Source: an uncultured Chitinophaga sp.
GTDB lineage: Bacteria > Bacteroidota > Bacteroidia > Chitinophagales > Chitinophagaceae
Reading direction: 5' to 3'
Assembly: GCA_964560445.1 (NCBI GenBank)
Contig: CAZLLT010000007.1
Span: forward strand, 20,255 to 84,254
Length of the DNA: 64,000 nt
Shown here: positions 48,864 to 58,005 of the stretch, in pieces
Layout: every line of letters starts with the position of its first letter
Numbering within the stretch: position 1 is the first letter of the stretch
Notes under the pieces: model-generated
The model's database searches: none
Told to the model about the DNA's origin: nothing
What the model saw: the letters and a program-made list of their open reading frames with translations, nothing else
Translations under genes and position numbers: made by a program

Positions 48864-50177
48864 ATGAAAAAATTATTTATCCTTGCTTTGCTGGGTGCAG
48901 GTCTTTCGCTGCAGGCCCAGTTGAAAGCAGATGATGTAAAAACCTTCACCCTCAAAAACGGGATGAAGTTCCTGGTAGTGGAAGACAATTCCATCCCCAA
49001 TGCCAATATGTACCTGTTCTACCGGGTAGGCAGCCGCAATGAATACCAGGGCATCACAGGTCTCTCCCATTATTTTGAGCACATGATGTTCAACGGCGCC
49101 AAAAAATATGGCCCGAAAATGTTTGACCAGACGATGGAGTTCAACGGCGGCGCCAACAATGCTTATACAAGAGAAGATATTACGGCTTATACCAACTGGT
49201 TTCCCTCTTCCGCCACCGAAGTGATCTTTGACCTGGAAGCCGACCGCATCTCCAGCCTTAGCATTGACCCTAAAATGGTGGAAAGCGAAAGAGGTGTTGT
49301 ATTATCTGAGAGAAGCACCGGTCTGGAAAATTCTCCGTGGAGAATGTTGGGCGAAGCGGTGCAGGGGCAGGCCTTCCAGGAGCACCCCTATCACTGGCCG
49401 GTGATCGGGTATGAAGATGATATCAAAAACTGGAAACAAGCCGACCTCGAAAGGTATTTCAGGACCTATTATGCACCGAACAATTGCGTGGTAGTGATGT
49501 CGGGAAGCATCAAGGCGGGAGAAATAAAAAAACTTGCTGAACAATATTTAGAACCCATTCCTGCACAACCCGAGCCGCCTGCTGTACACATCAAAGAACC
49601 GCCGCAAACCGGTGAAAGAAGAATTGCCGTGCAAAAAGATGTGGCCAATCCCTATTTGCTGATCGCTTACAAAGCCCCGGAAGCCAACCATGAGGATTAT
49701 TATGCACTGAATATCTTAAGCTCTGTTTTGTCCAGCGGCCGCTCTTCCAGGTTGTATTCTTCGCTGGTGGACAAACAACAATTGGCCACGCAGGTTTTTA
49801 CCCGCTATGACGAAAGTTTTGACCCCACCCTCTTCCAGTTTTATGCCATGACCAACAGGAATGTGAATGAAGCTGACCTGGAAAAAGCCATTTATGAAGA
49901 AATAGAAAAAATAAAGAAAGACGGCATCACCGAAACGGAACTGCAAAAGATAAAAAACCAAAAGCTGATAGAATTTTACGGCCAGGTGGAAACCATCAAC
50001 GGCAAATCCAACAACCTGGGCACTTACGAAGTGTTCTTTGGGGATTATAAAAAAATGTTTGACGCCCCGGCACAATACAACAAAGTAACAGCAGAAGATG
50101 TGAAAAGAGTGGCCAATAAATATTTTACCAAAAGCAGTCGCACTGTGGGTGTTTTAAAATCAAATACGGAGGAATAA
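48864..50177 (+). CDS. M16B (pitrilysin family) zinc peptidase, catalytic subunit
   Basis: Signal peptide; VGSRNE, HYFEHMMF (HXXEH), NAYT and ERGVVLSER. Confidence 0.92.
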   Translation: MKKLFILALLGAGLSLQAQLKADDVKTFTLKNGMKFLVVEDNSIPNANMYLFYRVGSRNEYQGITGLSHYFEHMMFNGAKKYGPKMFDQTMEFNGGANNAYTREDITAYTNWFPSSATEVIFDLEADRISSLSIDPKMVESERGVVLSERSTGLENSPWRMLGEAVQGQAFQEHPYHWPVIGYEDDIKNWKQADLERYFRTYYAPNNCVVVMSGSIKAGEIKKLAEQYLEPIPAQPEPPAVHIKEPPQTGERRIAVQKDVANPYLLIAYKAPEANHEDYYALNILSSVLSSGRSSRLYSSLVDKQQLATQVFTRYDESFDPTLFQFYAMTNRNVNEADLEKAIYEEIEKIKKDGITETELQKIKNQKLIEFYGQVETINGKSNNLGTYEVFFGDYKKMFDAPAQYNKVTAEDVKRVANKYFTKSSRTVGVLKSNTEE

Positions 50178-50181
50178 TACC

Positions 50182-51582
50182 ATGAGATCAATCGCCAAAT
50201 ATATTTTCAGCGTTGCTGCTATACTTTTTGCAGCAGCAGCACCGGCGCAAACAGGATATAAACTACCGCTTTACGAAAAGTTCAAATTAAAGAACGGTCT
50301 CACTGTTTACCTGATGGAACAACATGAAGTGCCGATGATCAGCGTGTCGGTTATCTTGCCTGCAGGCGCCATTTACGATGGGAACAAAGCAGGACTTGCA
50401 TCACTCACAGCCACAGCGCTGCGTCATGGCACAAAGTCATACAGCAAGCAAAAAATGGAAGAAGAGCTTGATTTCATCGGGGCGGGCATCAATACATTCG
50501 CTTCAAAAGAATCAGCAGGTTTGACTTCAAGATTTGCCGCCAAAGACAAAAACAAAGTACTGCAGATGATCAAAGAAACGCTGATGGAACCTGTCTTTGA
50601 TGCAGCGGAATTTGACAAGGAAAAGAAAAGATTGCTGGTATCGCTGGAGCAACAAAAGGAAAGCCCCCGTTCGGTAATCGGCTCTTATTTTGATAAACTG
50701 CTCTATGGCGATCATGTGTATGGCAACATCGTGCAGGGAACCATTTCCACCGTTTCTGCACTGACGGTTGAAGATGTAAAGAAATTTTACAGCGAGAATT
50801 ACCTGCCCGAAGGTTCCGCCATTGCCATTGCCGGCGACTTCAATCCCAAAGAAATGAAAACCGTGATCAGTAACCTGCTGAATGGCTGGAAGAAAGGAAC
50901 GAAACCGCAGGTCAATCTTGCATCCAAACCCATCAGTAACCCTTCATCCAACAGGGTGCTGCTGGTGAATAAAGATGATGCAAGGGAAACGACATTTTAT
51001 ATCGGCGCTCCCGGCATCAGCCGCAACAACCCGGATTTTGTGGCCATCGAAGTGGTGAACACGTTGTTTGGCGGTCGTTTCACTTCCATGCTGAATGATG
51101 AACTGCGGGTAAATACAGGGCTTACCTACGGAGCAAGAAGCAGTTTCAGCGCATTAAAGAATGGCGGTACGTTTGCCATCAGTACTTTCACCGCCAATAC
51201 AACAACAGAGCCTGCCATTGATACAGCGTTAAAAGTTTTAAATAAGCTGCATAACAACGGCATTGATGAAACTTCCCTTGCCTCTGCTAAAAATTATGTG
51301 AAAGGACAATTTCCGCCCCGTTATGAAACAGCCGGCCAACTGGCAGGCTTGCTGACTCAAATGTTCTGGTATAATTTTGATGAATCCTTTATCAACAATT
51401 TTGAAAAAAATGTGGACGGGCTGACATTGGACAAAGCAAAAGCCATCATTGCCAAATATTTTCCGAAAGACAAACTACAGTTTGTGCTGGTGGGCAAAGC
51501 AGCCGAGATTAAAAAAATAGCCGAAAAATACGGAACGGTAACGGAAGTGCAGATCAAAGAGGAGCCGAAGAAAGCATTTTGA
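50182..51582 (+). CDS. M16B peptidase non-catalytic partner subunit
   Basis: Signal peptide; M16 fold (LKNGLTVYL, GGRFTSMLNDELRVNTGLTYGA) but no HXXEH motif. Confidence 0.88.
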   Translation: MRSIAKYIFSVAAILFAAAAPAQTGYKLPLYEKFKLKNGLTVYLMEQHEVPMISVSVILPAGAIYDGNKAGLASLTATALRHGTKSYSKQKMEEELDFIGAGINTFASKESAGLTSRFAAKDKNKVLQMIKETLMEPVFDAAEFDKEKKRLLVSLEQQKESPRSVIGSYFDKLLYGDHVYGNIVQGTISTVSALTVEDVKKFYSENYLPEGSAIAIAGDFNPKEMKTVISNLLNGWKKGTKPQVNLASKPISNPSSNRVLLVNKDDARETTFYIGAPGISRNNPDFVAIEVVNTLFGGRFTSMLNDELRVNTGLTYGARSSFSALKNGGTFAISTFTANTTTEPAIDTALKVLNKLHNNGIDETSLASAKNYVKGQFPPRYETAGQLAGLLTQMFWYNFDESFINNFEKNVDGLTLDKAKAIIAKYFPKDKLQFVLVGKAAEIKKIAEKYGTVTEVQIKEEPKKAF

Positions 51583-51595
51583 TAAAACTTCCCCG

Positions 51596-51760
51596 AAAGA
51601 GGCTGCCCCCAAAAGTGAAAAATAAAACCACGGAGTACCCGGAGTTATTTTCACGGAGGCACACAGAGTATTGATAATCAGAATGACTTACTCCGTGTAC
51701 TTTGTGCATCAACTCTGCGAATCTCTGTGTGTACAATACTTTTGAGGAACCAGTCTCTTT
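51596..51760. repeat. MITE/REP-like element with imperfect terminal inverted repeats and internal CACGGAG/CTCCGTG palindromic repeats
   Basis: Left aaagaggctgcccccaaaagt, right acttttgaggaaccagtctcttt; internal acacagag...ctctgtgt. Confidence 0.55.
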
Positions 51761-51774
51761 CTTATTTTTAACCC

Positions 51775-52248
51775 ATGAACATTTATTTGTGGTCGGTCGG
51801 CAAAAACCATGAGCCTTATGTAAAAGCAGGTGTGGAAGATTTCACCCAACGCATTGCCCGGTATTACAAAGCGGAATGGAGCATTATACCTCCACTCAAA
51901 AATGCCGCCACGCTTACTGAAGCGGAACTAAAGAAAAAGGAAGGCGAAACTATTCTTGCCCGATTGGGAAAAGACGATTACCTGGTGGCGCTGGATGAAA
52001 ACGGCAGGGAGATGAGCTCGGAGAAATTAGCCGGTTTTATACAAACAAGGAGCAATGAAAGCACCCGCAAACTCATCTTTCTCATTGGTGGCGCTTACGG
52101 TATTGACGACAATGTGTTGAAAAGAGCCAATTATACCTGGGCCCTTTCTCCACTTACATTTCCGCACCAACTGGTAAGGCTGATCCTTGCCGAGCAGGTG
52201 TACAGGGCCTGCACCATTTTAAAAAATGAAAAATACCATCATAAATAA
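51775..52248 (+). CDS. rlmH: 23S rRNA (pseudouridine1915-N3)-methyltransferase
   Basis: ALDENG...SSE.LA, FLIGGAYG and LSPLTFPHQLVRLILAEQVYRA.TI...EKYHH. Confidence 0.96.
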   Translation: MNIYLWSVGKNHEPYVKAGVEDFTQRIARYYKAEWSIIPPLKNAATLTEAELKKKEGETILARLGKDDYLVALDENGREMSSEKLAGFIQTRSNESTRKLIFLIGGAYGIDDNVLKRANYTWALSPLTFPHQLVRLILAEQVYRACTILKNEKYHHK

Positions 52249-52281
52249 TTCCCTATTTTCGGTTATACTATACGTAACGGC

Positions 52282-52932
52282 ATGGACTCTTTAACAATCA
52301 CTCTTATACTTGTCATTCTTACCGCCATTATTTCTTTCGGCGCTTTTTCCAACGAAAAATTAAAGAACGACCTTATCTTTTACCCGCCTTCCATTAACCG
52401 CGGGCAGGTGTACCGGTTCATTACGCATGGCTTTATTCATGCAGACCCCGGTCATCTTATCTTTAACATGATTGCTTTGTATTCATTCGGCGAAGCAGTG
52501 GAAACTATTTTTTCTTACCCGTTTGTGTTCGGCACTCAAGGAAAACTGTTTTATATCATTCTTTATCTGACAGCCCTCATCGTAGCATCGCTGCCTGACT
52601 ACATCAGACATAAGGATAATTATCATTATCGTTCACTCGGCGCTTCCGGCGCTGTTTCAGCAGTAGTGTTCGCCGCCATCCTGTTCAACCCGTCCGGCGG
52701 CATCGGCATTATCTTTCTGCCGGGCATTCATATTCCCGGCTATATTTTCGGGATAATTTACCTTGTTATTTCCTCTGTACTCGCCAAACGGGGCAATGAT
52801 AATATCGGGCACACCGCACACATTACAGGGGCTATTTATGGCCTGCTGTTTACCTACATTGCCACTAAATTGTTTACAAAGATTGATATACTCGATCGTT
52901 TCTGGAAGCAGGTAACGGGAAGTTTTGAATGA
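52282..52932 (+). CDS. Rhomboid family intramembrane serine protease
   Basis: RFITHGFIHAD..HLIFNM, SLGASGAVS and AHITGA. Confidence 0.92.
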   Translation: MDSLTITLILVILTAIISFGAFSNEKLKNDLIFYPPSINRGQVYRFITHGFIHADPGHLIFNMIALYSFGEAVETIFSYPFVFGTQGKLFYIILYLTALIVASLPDYIRHKDNYHYRSLGASGAVSAVVFAAILFNPSGGIGIIFLPGIHIPGYIFGIIYLVISSVLAKRGNDNIGHTAHITGAIYGLLFTYIATKLFTKIDILDRFWKQVTGSFE

Positions 52933-52947
52933 TGTTGTGCAGGTCGT

Positions 52948-54321
52948 TTAATCAATAATTAATTTCACCTGAAGTATTTCTTTTGTCCCGTCCTTTATCT
53001 TAAACCTTTCGTCAATGCGATGGCCGATAACCCATGTAATGCGTTTACCGCTTTCAATAACCCAAATATTTTCTTTTTCGGTCCTGGACAATTTCTGGTC
53101 AATAAAAAAGCGGGATAACTTTTTCTTTTTTTTCATACCCAAAGGGTAAAAATAATCGCCTGTTTTCCATTTGCGGAGCAAAAGAGGGAATTGAATGTTT
53201 TTTACATCGAGAAAAGCAATGTGGTTGCCGGTTGCTGGCTGTTGGTTGCTGATAACTTCAAGCTGTAATTTTCCTCCTGCAAAAACCACTTCTGTATCTC
53301 CGGGTTCAATAAGTATGGTTTGCGAGTCGGCTGTTTGTAACGGAGCAATGATGAGCCAATTCCTGTTTTTGATGATGCGGTGCGATGAAGATGTTACATA
53401 TTTTCCGCTTTCACTGTCCAGCAGGGCAGTTACTTCACCGGTCTGATGTGCCGTAAACCCAAAGTCTTTGATCATTTCATACACAATGCTGTGCAAAGGC
53501 GATGTTTTTTTCAGCTTCAGCGCCGGTATATGCACTTCGTTCCCTTTTTGTTCCAGCAGTTTCTTTTTATGAAGCGCAATGGCCTGCTCATATAATTCTT
53601 CTGCATCCGCAAATCGTACAGCATTATTCAGAATATTCTGCTCTGCCGCCGGGAAAAATTCTTTTACCATCGGTATTACCCGGTTGCGAAAAAAATTGCG
53701 GGTAAAATTATCTTCAAAATTGGTTTGGTCGGTTACATACTCCAACCCATTTTGTTTTGCATATTCTTCTATCTCTTTCCTCCGGGCAAACAACAGCGGA
53801 CGGACGACTTTCCCATTCTTTGGTAACATTCCCCGCATCCCTTTAATACCTGTGCCCCTGAAAAAATACATCATCACCGTTTCAATCGTATCGTCTGCAT
53901 GATGGCCTGTTAAGAGGTAAGCAGGGAGTGGCGGACGGGGAGTGGGTGTTTCACTGATACCTGTTGCCTGTTGCTTGTCGCCCATCAATTCTCCAAACCA
54001 GCCGTACCGCAGTTCCCTCGCTGCCTCTTCAATAGAGAGCTTCTTTTCTGCCGCATATTTCTTCGTATCAAACTTTTTAACCTGTACTTCCACATTATAT
54101 TTCTTCCCTAAGTTTACCACAAACCGTTCATCCCTTTCACTATCTTCTCCCCTTAATTTGAAATTGCAATGCACAATGCTGAAATCAAAACCGGCCCGGC
54201 TGCAGAGGTCGCAGAGTACGACAGAATCCACTCCCCCGCTGACGGCAAGGAGTAGCTTCTCTTTTGAATGAAAGAGTTGCTGCTGTGCAATGTAGTCTAA
54301 AAATCTGCCGGAAATATCCAT
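52948..54321 (-). CDS. tilS: tRNA(Ile)-lysidine synthetase
   Basis: AVSGGVDS, HCNFKLRGEDS, AARELRY, HHADD, RPLL and RNFFR; ATG 54321 chosen to avoid overlap with higA. Confidence 0.95.
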   Translation of the reverse strand: MDISGRFLDYIAQQQLFHSKEKLLLAVSGGVDSVVLCDLCSRAGFDFSIVHCNFKLRGEDSERDERFVVNLGKKYNVEVQVKKFDTKKYAAEKKLSIEEAARELRYGWFGELMGDKQQATGISETPTPRPPLPAYLLTGHHADDTIETVMMYFFRGTGIKGMRGMLPKNGKVVRPLLFARRKEIEEYAKQNGLEYVTDQTNFEDNFTRNFFRNRVIPMVKEFFPAAEQNILNNAVRFADAEELYEQAIALHKKKLLEQKGNEVHIPALKLKKTSPLHSIVYEMIKDFGFTAHQTGEVTALLDSESGKYVTSSSHRIIKNRNWLIIAPLQTADSQTILIEPGDTEVVFAGGKLQLEVISNQQPATGNHIAFLDVKNIQFPLLLRKWKTGDYFYPLGMKKKKKLSRFFIDQKLSRTEKENIWVIESGKRITWVIGHRIDERFKIKDGTKEILQVKLIID

Positions 54322-54328
54322 GAAATGA

Positions 54329-54628
54329 TTATGCAACCTTTAATAGCTTTCTTGCTGTGTCCAGGTCATACTGAACCTGAAGGCGCATCCATATATCCGC
54401 ATCAATGTTCAGAATTTGCTCAATCTTCAGCGCCATGATTGCAGAAATGTTCCTTTTCCCCTTTATCAACTCGTTGAAATGGGAAGGGCGCATACCTAAT
54501 TGTTCTGCAAAATCTTTTTGCAAAACACCTCTTGCAAGGAGTTCTTCCTGCAACAATTCGCCAGGGTGCAACAGTTGGTCTGTGTACACCTCTTTTCCAT
54601 TTACACCGTAAACCCGGTTGTTTTTCAT
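54329..54628 (-). CDS. higA: HigA family antitoxin (XRE HTH)
   Basis: HPGELLQEEL...Q.DFAEQLG....NELIKGKRNIS..MALKI......W.RLQ..YD. Confidence 0.9.
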   Translation of the reverse strand: MKNNRVYGVNGKEVYTDQLLHPGELLQEELLARGVLQKDFAEQLGMRPSHFNELIKGKRNISAIMALKIEQILNIDADIWMRLQVQYDLDTARKLLKVA

Positions 54629-54635
54629 TGTTACA

Positions 54636-54947
54636 TTATTTATAATGATTAGACAACTCCTCTACCAGCACTATTTCCTTTAGCGTAATAACATTCTTAT
54701 CAATGCCAAATTCAAGCCTGTATTTCAAATCTACCCGGATTGAGTAAGTTCCTTTTTTCTTCCCTTTTAAAGCCTCAAAATTCAGCCCTTTAAATTGTCG
54801 TATCTCCTTTGTATTATCTAAGCCCGCCAACAACCGGATACGCTGCCGGAACAGTTTTATTACTTTTTCATCGTACTTCGGGTTGCCGGAATTGGGCATG
54901 CCCCTGTAAAGCCTCTCCAAGTAAATATTCTTAAAATAAACTTCCAT
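54636..54947 (-). CDS. higB: HigB/RelE family toxin
   Basis: MEVYFKN.YLE.LY, LNFEALKG...G.YSIRV..KYRLEF and ELSNHY; toxin-first order. Confidence 0.88.
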   Translation of the reverse strand: MEVYFKNIYLERLYRGMPNSGNPKYDEKVIKLFRQRIRLLAGLDNTKEIRQFKGLNFEALKGKKKGTYSIRVDLKYRLEFGIDKNVITLKEIVLVEELSNHYK

Positions 54948-55010
54948 TTGTACCCAAAGGAACGATTACCAAAAATAGGGAATAAATCCAGGGTTACCAA
55001 AAAAAGGGAA

Positions 55011-55322
55011 TCAGAAAACCAGTTCCTCATACGCCCCTCTCAATTCGCCGTACGCATGGTTATCCCCCGCCTTCTTCGCTTCTTCCATGCCTTTCTCATA
55101 TACCTGCACCGCTTTATCCGTAAGCCCGGCCCTTTCCAGCAATTTGCCCAAATGATAATAGCTGCCTACATAACCCGGCTCTTTTCCCAGTATTTCCTCA
55201 AATAAAAGTTTTGCGGCGCTGTCATCGCCCAACTTAATATATTCCAATGCCAGGGCATGTTTCAGAAAACTATCCCCCGGGCTTTCCTGCAAAAAAGCTT
55301 TTAGTTTTTCTATCCTGTCCAC
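55011..55322 (-). CDS. Small TPR protein
   Basis: GTG start, (V)DRIEKLKAFL...PGDSFLKHALALEY...YVGSYYHLGKLLE. Confidence 0.85.
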   Translation of the reverse strand: MDRIEKLKAFLQESPGDSFLKHALALEYIKLGDDSAAKLLFEEILGKEPGYVGSYYHLGKLLERAGLTDKAVQVYEKGMEEAKKAGDNHAYGELRGAYEELVF

Positions 55323-55370
55323 CTTGAATATTTTATTAATCAATAATTCTTAATTATTAATTGCAACCCT

Positions 55371-55399
55371 TATCTTTGCTTAGTTGCATAAACAACTAA
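55371..55399 (+). promoter_or_regulatory. etfBA -7 box with an adjacent palindromic operator
   Basis: TATCTTTG (55371-55378), then TTAGTTG-CATAAA-CAACTAA (55380-55399), a perfect 7-bp inverted repeat over the likely start site. Confidence 0.65.
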
Positions 55400-55424
55400 T
55401 CATATAACGATTCAAAACCTCCGC

Positions 55425-56168
55425 ATGAAGATCTTAGTTTGTATCAGCAAAACGCCGGACACAACGGCAAAAATAGCCTTCACCGATAACAACACGAAAC
55501 TGGATGGCAATGGCGTACAATGGATCATCAATCCATACGATGAATGGTATTCCCTTGTTCGTGCCATCGAACTGAAGGAAGCAGACCCCTCCACTACCCT
55601 GCACCTGGTTACTGTAGGCGCAGCAGATGCAGAGCCTATCATCCGCAAGGCGCTGGCGCTGGGCGGCGATGAAGCCATCCGTGTAAATGCAGAAAGCCAT
55701 GACAGCTTTTATATCGCCTCGCAGATTGCCGAAGTGGCCAAACAAGGAGGGTACGACCTTATTTTCACCGGCAAAGAAACCATTGATTACAATGGCTCCT
55801 CCATCGGCGGCATGGTGGCCGAACTGCTCGATTACCCTTACATCTCCTTAGCCACCAAAGTTGACCTTAGCGGAACAAAAGCTACGGTAACAAGAGAAAT
55901 AGAAGGCGGAGATGAAACCGCCGAAGTGGAACTGCCCTTAGTGGTCAGTTGCCAGAAAGGCGTAGCCGAGCAGCGCATCCCCAACATGAGGGGCATTATG
56001 GCGGCCCGCACCAAACCATTGAAAGTGCTGGAGCCGGTAGCTACCGACAGTTTAACCAACATCGCCGCCTATGAACTACCCCCGGCCAAAGCAGGTGTAA
56101 AACTGGTAAACCCGGAAAATGTGGACGAACTGGTACGCCTGCTGCACGAAGAAGCAAAAGCCATTTAG
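55425..56168 (+). CDS. etfB: Electron transfer flavoprotein beta subunit
   Basis: MKILVCISKTPDT, INPYDE, ALALGGDEA and GKETIDYNG. Confidence 0.96.
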   Translation: MKILVCISKTPDTTAKIAFTDNNTKLDGNGVQWIINPYDEWYSLVRAIELKEADPSTTLHLVTVGAADAEPIIRKALALGGDEAIRVNAESHDSFYIASQIAEVAKQGGYDLIFTGKETIDYNGSSIGGMVAELLDYPYISLATKVDLSGTKATVTREIEGGDETAEVELPLVVSCQKGVAEQRIPNMRGIMAARTKPLKVLEPVATDSLTNIAAYELPPAKAGVKLVNPENVDELVRLLHEEAKAI

Positions 56169-56225
56169 TGCACAGCGTTTTAACTGATAATAAATAACTA
56201 TCCTCTAATAAATTATCATCTATCT

Positions 56226-57191
56226 ATGAGTGTTCTTATATATATCGATACAGCAGAAGGGCATATTAAAAAACCTTCTTTGGAAGCCCTTAGCTACGGC
56301 GCTAAAGTGGCGGAACAGCTTGGCGTTACTGCCGAAGCAGCGCTTTTGGGCCCTGCCACAGAAGACATTGCCGCCCTGGGCAGGTACGGCGTTAAAAAAG
56401 TATATCATGTAAAAAACGACTTGCTGAACACCCTTGATGCACAGGTGTACGCCAACGTGTTGGCACAGGTAGTTGAAAAAAGTGGCGCTAATGTGATCAT
56501 TTTTTCAAATAACGTCAATGGTAAAGCCCTTGCACCCCGCCTCGGCGCACGCCTCAAAGCAGGATTGGTTTCCGGGGCCATAGCCCTGCCCGATACATCA
56601 AACGGCTTTTCTGTAAAGAAGAATGTTTTTTCCGGGAAAGCCTACGCCAATATCGCCGTAACCTCTCCGATAAAAATCATTGCCTTAAACCCCAATGCTT
56701 ACCAGGTAACAAGCGGCGAAGGAACGGCAGAAGTAATACCTTTTGAAGCAACCGTCAATGCGCCAAAAGTAAAAATCACCGGTGTAAACAAATCCACCGG
56801 CGAAGTGCCGCTTACAGAAGCTGAAATTGTTGTAAGCGCCGGCCGCGGATTGAAAGGTCCTGAAAACTGGGGCATGGTGGAAGACCTGGCAAAAACATTA
56901 CATGCAGCGCTGGCCTGCAGCCGTCCTGTAGCCGATGCCCATTGGCGTCCGCATAACGAACACGTAGGGCAAACCGGTATTGCGATTGCCCCAAATCTTT
57001 ATATCGCTATCGGCATTTCCGGCGCTATCCAGCACCTGGCCGGTGTAAACAGGAGTAAAGTAATCGTTGTAATTAATAAAGACCCCGAAGCGCCGTTTTT
57101 TAAAGCCGCTGATTATGGAATTGTAGGCGATGCTTTTGAAGTGGTGCCCAAACTGAATGAAGCCATAAAAAAACTGAAAGCCGGTTCTTAA
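56226..57191 (+). CDS. etfA: Electron transfer flavoprotein alpha subunit
   Basis: IVVSAGRG, ACSRPVAD, VGQTG, YIAIGISGAIQHLAG and INKDPEAPFF. Confidence 0.97.
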   Translation: MSVLIYIDTAEGHIKKPSLEALSYGAKVAEQLGVTAEAALLGPATEDIAALGRYGVKKVYHVKNDLLNTLDAQVYANVLAQVVEKSGANVIIFSNNVNGKALAPRLGARLKAGLVSGAIALPDTSNGFSVKKNVFSGKAYANIAVTSPIKIIALNPNAYQVTSGEGTAEVIPFEATVNAPKVKITGVNKSTGEVPLTEAEIVVSAGRGLKGPENWGMVEDLAKTLHAALACSRPVADAHWRPHNEHVGQTGIAIAPNLYIAIGISGAIQHLAGVNRSKVIVVINKDPEAPFFKAADYGIVGDAFEVVPKLNEAIKKLKAGS

Positions 57192-57221
57192 CCCGGTAAC
57201 GGGCAACCGATTTTGTTCATC

Positions 57222-57252
57222 AGCCACAGCCCGCCGGGTTGTGGTTTTTTTT
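57222..57252 (+). terminator. Intrinsic terminator after etfA
   Basis: gccacagccc-gcc-gggttgtggt followed by a T-tract. Confidence 0.75.
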
Positions 57253-57348
57253 ATATTTTAACAGGGAAATTTTCTTCCGCCAGCCTGTGCTAAGTTGGTT
57301 TTACCCCTTTTCATTTAAGGCTAAAAACCGTAGTTTCGTGTGATTATT

Positions 57349-57963
57349 ATGAAAAAAATTGAACTGGAAATAGTGGCCTTATCGCATAGCATCACACAAA
57401 CACATTCCTATGCGGTAGTGTTAGGCGAAGTGAACGGACTAAGAAGGCTCCCCATTGTAATCGGGGGCTTTGAGGCACAGGCTATTGCTGTGGCGCTGGA
57501 AAAAATGCAGCCCAGCCGCCCCCTTACCCACGACCTGATGAAGAATTTCATGAACGCTTTTGCCATTGACCTGCATGAAATCATCATTACCGACCTGCAG
57601 GAAGGCATTTTCTATTCTAAACTGTTATGCTCAACCGAAAATGATACGGTAGAGATTGACTCCCGCACTTCGGATGCCATTGCCCTTGCCGTACGCTTTG
57701 GCTGCCCCATTTATACCTATGAAAATATTCTTGAAAACGCCGGTATTCTGATGGAGCAAACACCCGAAGCCGATACGGGTAAAAAGAAAAAGAAAAAACA
57801 GGAGGTGGCCGTAGAAAATGAAACCATTGATTCGCAGGAAGACCTCAAAACCATGTCGCTGGAAGAATTAAATACCCTTCTTGCCGAAGTGCTGGATTCC
57901 GAAGATTATATCCGTGCCATTGCCATTCGTGACGAGATCAACAACCGGAAAAAGAAGAAATAA
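57349..57963 (+). CDS. Bifunctional nuclease (DUF151) with a C-terminal UVR domain
   Basis: RRLPIVIGGFEAQAIA, RPLTHDL, IDSRTSDAIALAVR and EDY.RA..IRDEI. Confidence 0.9.
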   Translation: MKKIELEIVALSHSITQTHSYAVVLGEVNGLRRLPIVIGGFEAQAIAVALEKMQPSRPLTHDLMKNFMNAFAIDLHEIIITDLQEGIFYSKLLCSTENDTVEIDSRTSDAIALAVRFGCPIYTYENILENAGILMEQTPEADTGKKKKKKQEVAVENETIDSQEDLKTMSLEELNTLLAEVLDSEDYIRAIAIRDEINNRKKKK

Positions 57964-58005
57964 ATAACCGGGGTTTCGCCTTACACCTCATGCAAATACT
58001 TATCC

